In this document: positions 16,331-20,000 of the stretch, piece by piece
Numbering within the stretch: position 1 is the first letter of the stretch
How the letters are laid out: each line of letters starts with the position of its first letter
Virus record (IMG/VR): IMGVR_UViG_2917045514_000007
Span: 44,755-64,754 of that record
Source: an uncultured virus (IMG/VR IMGVR_UViG_2917045514_000007)
Taxonomy: Duplodnaviria; Heunggongvirae; Uroviricota; Caudoviricetes
Length of the DNA: 20,000 bases
Reading direction: 5' to 3' (one strand)
Program-made: the position numbers and the translations under genes
The notes under the pieces: generated by a model
What the model was told of the DNA's origin: nothing
Databases searched by the model: none
The model's input: only the letters and a program-made list of their open reading frames with translations

Positions 16331-16408
16331 TCACTCCGGGGCAGCTTCCTCTAACCGAACCAAGTAGCCACGGCAGTGCTGCACGTAGCGCGCTCGAGAC
16401 AGTCTCCA

Positions 16409-16632
16409 ACCATGGCCAGTTAGTAGTCCATCGAACCCAAGGCGCTTAATCACTTCGCTAACGGCGTTTTGGCTCATCATCTTCGTTGGGTCTATTCGAC
16501 CCACGAACGCTAACTAGTGCTCCCCCTCCGCAGAAACCACCTGGCTTACTTAATCATTAGGCGCGACAGAGACACAATCTACGGCGGCGCATCCTCCCCG
16601 TCCCTGCGCACCTTTTCAGGCAATTGTTTCAC
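16409..16632 (-). pseudogene. Decayed fragment of a second, homologous tyrosine integrase
   Basis: Minus-strand translation VKQLPEKVRRDGEDAPP*IVSLSRLMIK*ARWFLR/(4-nt deletion)/AFVGRIDPTKMMSQNAVSEVIKRLGFDGLLTGHG aligns to the intact integrase at 18960-19187. Confidence 0.9.
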
Positions 16633-16677
16633 CCTTCCGAGTCGCCATCAACTCTGTCAGCGGGTCGAAATTCTACC

Positions 16678-17220
16678 TTAAGGGTCCCGCCCTTGGAACG
16701 TGTCGTAGGTCAAATCAACCATACTTTTATATCGATCTGTAACAAAATCTGAAAGACGCATATAAAGATCAATAGCTTTAGAGTTTACAACAGCAATACG
16801 CCGTTCACGATCTGCCTCAGGCATTTTGCTACTAATTTCTGAATCAAGAGTTGCCGAGTCACGCAGATCAGCTATCTTTTCTACGGCAAAGTTCATAATT
16901 CTAGGCTCTGCTGTCCAATGCGTTAGCTTCCGGCACTTTCGCTCAAGCAAGGAAACTTTATGCTCAACAAAGTTACATTTCAAATCAACAGAACACGCAA
17001 ATAACCGTGCAGCCAAATCTGTATTATCGTCTTCGCATCTCCCCCAAAAATCGGAAACATCACTCACGATCTCTTGAAGCATCTTCTCGATCGCTGCAAC
17101 TATCGCATTCGCCTCAGATTGTCTAGCAAGCGATCGCGAATTATGATAAACAAAAATCCAACCAACGATTCCAATAATTACTGAAACGACCGCGGCCCAG
17201 TTAAAATCACCGCCCACCAT
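16678..17220 (-). CDS. Single-TM helical hypothetical protein (180 aa), third gene of AT-rich cargo operon
   Basis: N-terminal TM WAAVVSVIIGIVGWIFVY, then a predicted helical soluble domain; start overlaps the upstream gene by 14 nt. Confidence 0.8.
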   Translation of the reverse strand: MVGGDFNWAAVVSVIIGIVGWIFVYHNSRSLARQSEANAIVAAIEKMLQEIVSDVSDFWGRCEDDNTDLAARLFACSVDLKCNFVEHKVSLLERKCRKLTHWTAEPRIMNFAVEKIADLRDSATLDSEISSKMPEADRERRIAVVNSKAIDLYMRLSDFVTDRYKSMVDLTYDTFQGRDP

Positions 17221-17563
17221 TATTTTCAGGCCTCGCCTCGCGAATGTACTTATCTATATTATTCAACACACTTTTATAACGGCTTTTATAACCGACCCGC
17301 TTCCGCACCTCTTCTGGAGTGAAGCCCTCATATTTAATTAGCCCCCCAAATACCTCATCCAGAAAAGATGAACCACTCCCCAGCACCCCAGTTAAGTCAA
17401 CTTCAACGTAATCATACTCTTCTAAGGCTTTGAGCAAGAACTCCTTTCTGAATCGAACACCATTAAACTCCGGATTATCAACCTCGGAGCGACCATAAGG
17501 CATATCAGTAAAATCTTTTGCCACATCAATTATCTTAATCAAACCTTTATTCATTTGAATCAC
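17207..17563 (-). CDS. STAS-like (DUF4325-type) protein
   Basis: 'PYGR...NGVRFRKEFLLKAL...VEVDLTGVLGSGSSFLDEVFGGL' fits the DUF4325 signature. GTGA overlap with the upstream stop; an alternative ATG is at 17554. Confidence 0.85.
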   Translation of the reverse strand: MIQMNKGLIKIIDVAKDFTDMPYGRSEVDNPEFNGVRFRKEFLLKALEEYDYVEVDLTGVLGSGSSFLDEVFGGLIKYEGFTPEEVRKRVGYKSRYKSVLNNIDKYIREARPENNGGR

Positions 17564-18660
17564 CCTGGGACTTTAAGCTTGATATTCCATTGAATCAAGG
17601 TTCCATGAAATTCAAACGGAAGCGGCCTAGCCTCCTCTCTCTGCCCCTTTGTTTGGTATTGATACCAACCACTACCACTATAGATCATTAGCGTTCCCAT
17701 TGGATTCGCTTCGACAAAATCTTTTGCTTCGGACAGACCTTTTCCGCGCCCGCTAGTATTGAAGCGAGACTTCCCATAGTCGACAGCAGCCTTAATACTT
17801 GCAGCATCGCGAAATGCTCTTGCGGGAAATGACGGACTAATTTTCAGAAACTTTCTCACGACACGATAAGCATCTTTCATCATACCAACCACATTTGACT
17901 TAATGGATAAGGTCTTTGGAATACCCACACCCATGTCATAAACACCTATAAAAAGCTGATCCTCAATCAGACGAACAACAATCCACCAATTCTGCAAATG
18001 AGCAGGGAGATCCAGTTCGAATTCTTTAGCATACCCATGTTGCCAAACATTACCAACAGATTCCGTAATCGCAGCGAAAGCTAATCCGCCTTGTTCATCC
18101 TCTTTAGAACTTTCAAATATATCTTTCACATATGAAATAACAGACCGAAGCTCCGTTTGTTCTGCCCCACCCTCTTTATCCTCGGATGAAGCAGTACAGA
18201 TAGGAACCCCGGGAACCTTCGCATCCTTAAAGTTAGGACGGCGCTCTCGCATCAAGTCCCAAAAGCCTAAAATCTGAAATTTTCTCGCTATATTAAGATT
18301 GCAACAAGCAGTTGATTTAATAATTTTTGAATTTCCATGAAGCTTTTGCAACTGCTCTATATTTGCATACAAGACAAGTAGTGCTGCGACCTTTACAGCA
18401 CGCACAGGTTTGAAGTCAAGAAGAACCAACCCACTAGAGCAAGCTTGTCTGATACTATTTATAAATTTCCAAAATTCATCATAGCCCGAACCAAAAAAAT
18501 TAAGCTCTTCCGGCGCAACAACTACAATTCGAGAGCCGATCCGTGATTTGAGTTTCAGCTTTCTTTGAGGATCATATTTACGTGGATTTCTAGCGATCAA
18601 CAGTGCACGCCTAGTAGCATTCCTTTGCCGAATAAAATCAGAATCCCTTAACTTTTTCAT
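17560..18660 (-). CDS. STAS-like + GHKL (HATPase_c) ATPase/kinase
   Basis: Bergerat-fold motifs: N-box ITESVGNVWQHG, G1 YDMGVGIP, G2 GRGKGL, G3 HGTLIQW. N-terminal 'VLLDFKPVRAVKVAALLVL' is STAS-like. No HisKA or sensor TM visible. Confidence 0.85.
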   Translation of the reverse strand: MKKLRDSDFIRQRNATRRALLIARNPRKYDPQRKLKLKSRIGSRIVVVAPEELNFFGSGYDEFWKFINSIRQACSSGLVLLDFKPVRAVKVAALLVLYANIEQLQKLHGNSKIIKSTACCNLNIARKFQILGFWDLMRERRPNFKDAKVPGVPICTASSEDKEGGAEQTELRSVISYVKDIFESSKEDEQGGLAFAAITESVGNVWQHGYAKEFELDLPAHLQNWWIVVRLIEDQLFIGVYDMGVGIPKTLSIKSNVVGMMKDAYRVVRKFLKISPSFPARAFRDAASIKAAVDYGKSRFNTSGRGKGLSEAKDFVEANPMGTLMIYSGSGWYQYQTKGQREEARPLPFEFHGTLIQWNIKLKVPG

Positions 18661-18767
18661 CGCAAACAGTCGCTCGTAGAACCAAAATGCGAAAGATCAT
18701 ACATGAGCGAAGTAGAGGATTCACAGGGCAAGTCTCTTTTTTTACCGTGATGCTCACTGGTCACATG

Positions 18768-20000
18768 TCAGCCCTCAGCCAGCTCCCGCTGATCCAGAAA
18801 ATCAGCCCAGGCTTGCATCATTTCCCTTCGCTTTTCCACATGTGCAGCATGGTTATAAGCCGCCCTGGCCTTACTGGGATCCGCATGTGACAGCTGCGCC
18901 TCAATCAAGGTCGTGTCGTACCCCATCTCATGCAATGCCGTAGAAAACGTTCCACGCAGACCATGTCCGGTAAGCAATCCGTCAAACCCAAGTCGCTTGA
19001 TTGCCTGATTGATAGTGTTCTCACTCATCATCTTGGTGGGATCGTTCCGACCGGCGAACGCGTACGGGTAGCGACCCGTAATCCTCAAAAGCGCTCTTAC
19101 CTCCTCTATCGCCTGCCGAGACAGGGGTACGATGTACGGCGGCACTTGCGCTCCATCCTTACGTACCAGACCTCGTAACTGCTTAACTGTTCCGGGTGGA
19201 ACAGTCCATATCCCCTTTTCTAGATCGAAGTCTGCCGGCGCAGCCTTTCGAAGCTCAATCGTACGTACCGCCGTCAGAAGCATCAGACGAACGGCGATCC
19301 TTGTGATTTCGGACCCTTGGTAAGACCGCAGCCTCACAAGAAGGGCTGGAAGCTCTTCGCCATCATGCGCAAGAATCGGATTGTGCTCAGTCGGTGGTTG
19401 TTCTTTCGCCAGAATGTCCAGATCCGAAGCAGGGTTGTCCTCTCGTAACCCGGCCGCGATCCCAACGCGGAAGATCTGGCGTAACCAACTCCGCGCCTTC
19501 TCCGCGACGTGCAGCGCTCCCCGGCGCTCGATGGCTCCGACAACCGCAGCCAGGTCACGACGGTGAATTTCGCGAAACTTCATATTCGCCAGGGCCGGGT
19601 ACAGGTCATTGTCCAATACTCTGCGCGCCTGGTTTGCGCTGCCTTTCCGGCTATCGTCCGCCCAGCGCCCCTGTTTCAACGCCAGCCACTGTTCAGCCAC
19701 GTGTCGAAACGTCTCCTCGACGCTGACCGTCTTCCGGTCCGCTCGATGCTGCCCCCGCGGATCGATGCCTTGGGCCACCAACGAACGCGCCTCGTCACGG
19801 CGCTGCCGGGCATCACGCAGGCTCAACTCGGGATACGTCCCAAGCGACACTCGCTTCTGCTGACCATTCAGCGAAAAGCGGAAGTGCCAGCTTTTGGTGC
19901 CCTTGTGTGAAACAAAGAGAGAGAGGCCGTCAATGTCGGCGAGGGTATAGTCTTTAGCTTCTGCTTTTGCCTGGCGGACAGCAGTATCCGTGAGCGGCAT
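18768..20000 (-). CDS. int: P4-family tyrosine recombinase (phage integrase)
   Basis: N-terminal arm-binding domain (DGLSLFV...SW.FRF...SLGTYPELSL.DAR); catalytic R (TAVRTIE), HGLR, QLSH, AAYN. Confidence 0.97.
   Translation of the reverse strand: MPLTDTAVRQAKAEAKDYTLADIDGLSLFVSHKGTKSWHFRFSLNGQQKRVSLGTYPELSLRDARQRRDEARSLVAQGIDPRGQHRADRKTVSVEETFRHVAEQWLALKQGRWADDSRKGSANQARRVLDNDLYPALANMKFREIHRRDLAAVVGAIERRGALHVAEKARSWLRQIFRVGIAAGLREDNPASDLDILAKEQPPTEHNPILAHDGEELPALLVRLRSYQGSEITRIAVRLMLLTAVRTIELRKAAPADFDLEKGIWTVPPGTVKQLRGLVRKDGAQVPPYIVPLSRQAIEEVRALLRITGRYPYAFAGRNDPTKMMSENTINQAIKRLGFDGLLTGHGLRGTFSTALHEMGYDTTLIEAQLSHADPSKARAAYNHAAHVEKRREMMQAWADFLDQRELAEG

Larger units (their letters stand above)
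1..20000. mobile_element. Temperate lambdoid prophage (immunity-early-integration arm)
   Basis: Gene order: repressor, early operon, recombination genes, methylases, xis, int. No host housekeeping context in the window. Confidence 0.93.

Noticed and set aside
17560..18660. Classical two-component sensor histidine kinase
   Set aside because: No HisKA phospho-His helix, sensor TMs or response regulator; the partner is a STAS-like protein.
18661..18767. Dedicated promoter for the cargo operon
   Set aside because: A minus-strand TATGAT (18701-18696) exists, but the only 17-bp-spaced -35 (GTGAAT) is weak; read-through from int is equally possible.
16331..20000. attL/attR core or target tRNA
   Set aside because: None recognisable; the window ends at the integrase start codon, so the att site is probably outside.

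Overview
High-GC, Pseudomonas-type (probably P. aeruginosa) lambdoid prophage early arm. It runs from the 3' end of a CI/PrtR-like repressor (1-101) to a P4-family tyrosine integrase (18768-20000, minus strand). The + strand early operon carries many small ORFs, a CsrA/RsmA fusion, a DUF3268 Zn-finger protein, a Sak/Rad52-like annealase, a DEDDh exonuclease, SSB, an RdgC-FtsK-gamma fusion, a LexA-DBD-only protein, a helicase-methyltransferase fusion, a C5 methyltransferase with five internal TRD-like repeats, a mosaic accessory protein and an AlpA-type excisionase. The most notable feature is an AT-rich three-gene minus-strand cargo operon (16678-18660): STAS-like+GHKL ATPase/kinase, DUF4325-type STAS-like protein, and a single-TM helical protein. 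It sits between the intact integrase and a decayed remnant of a homologous integrase (about 16409-16632) and is a candidate partner-switching anti-phage or conflict system. All calls come from reading motifs by eye; no database searches were run.
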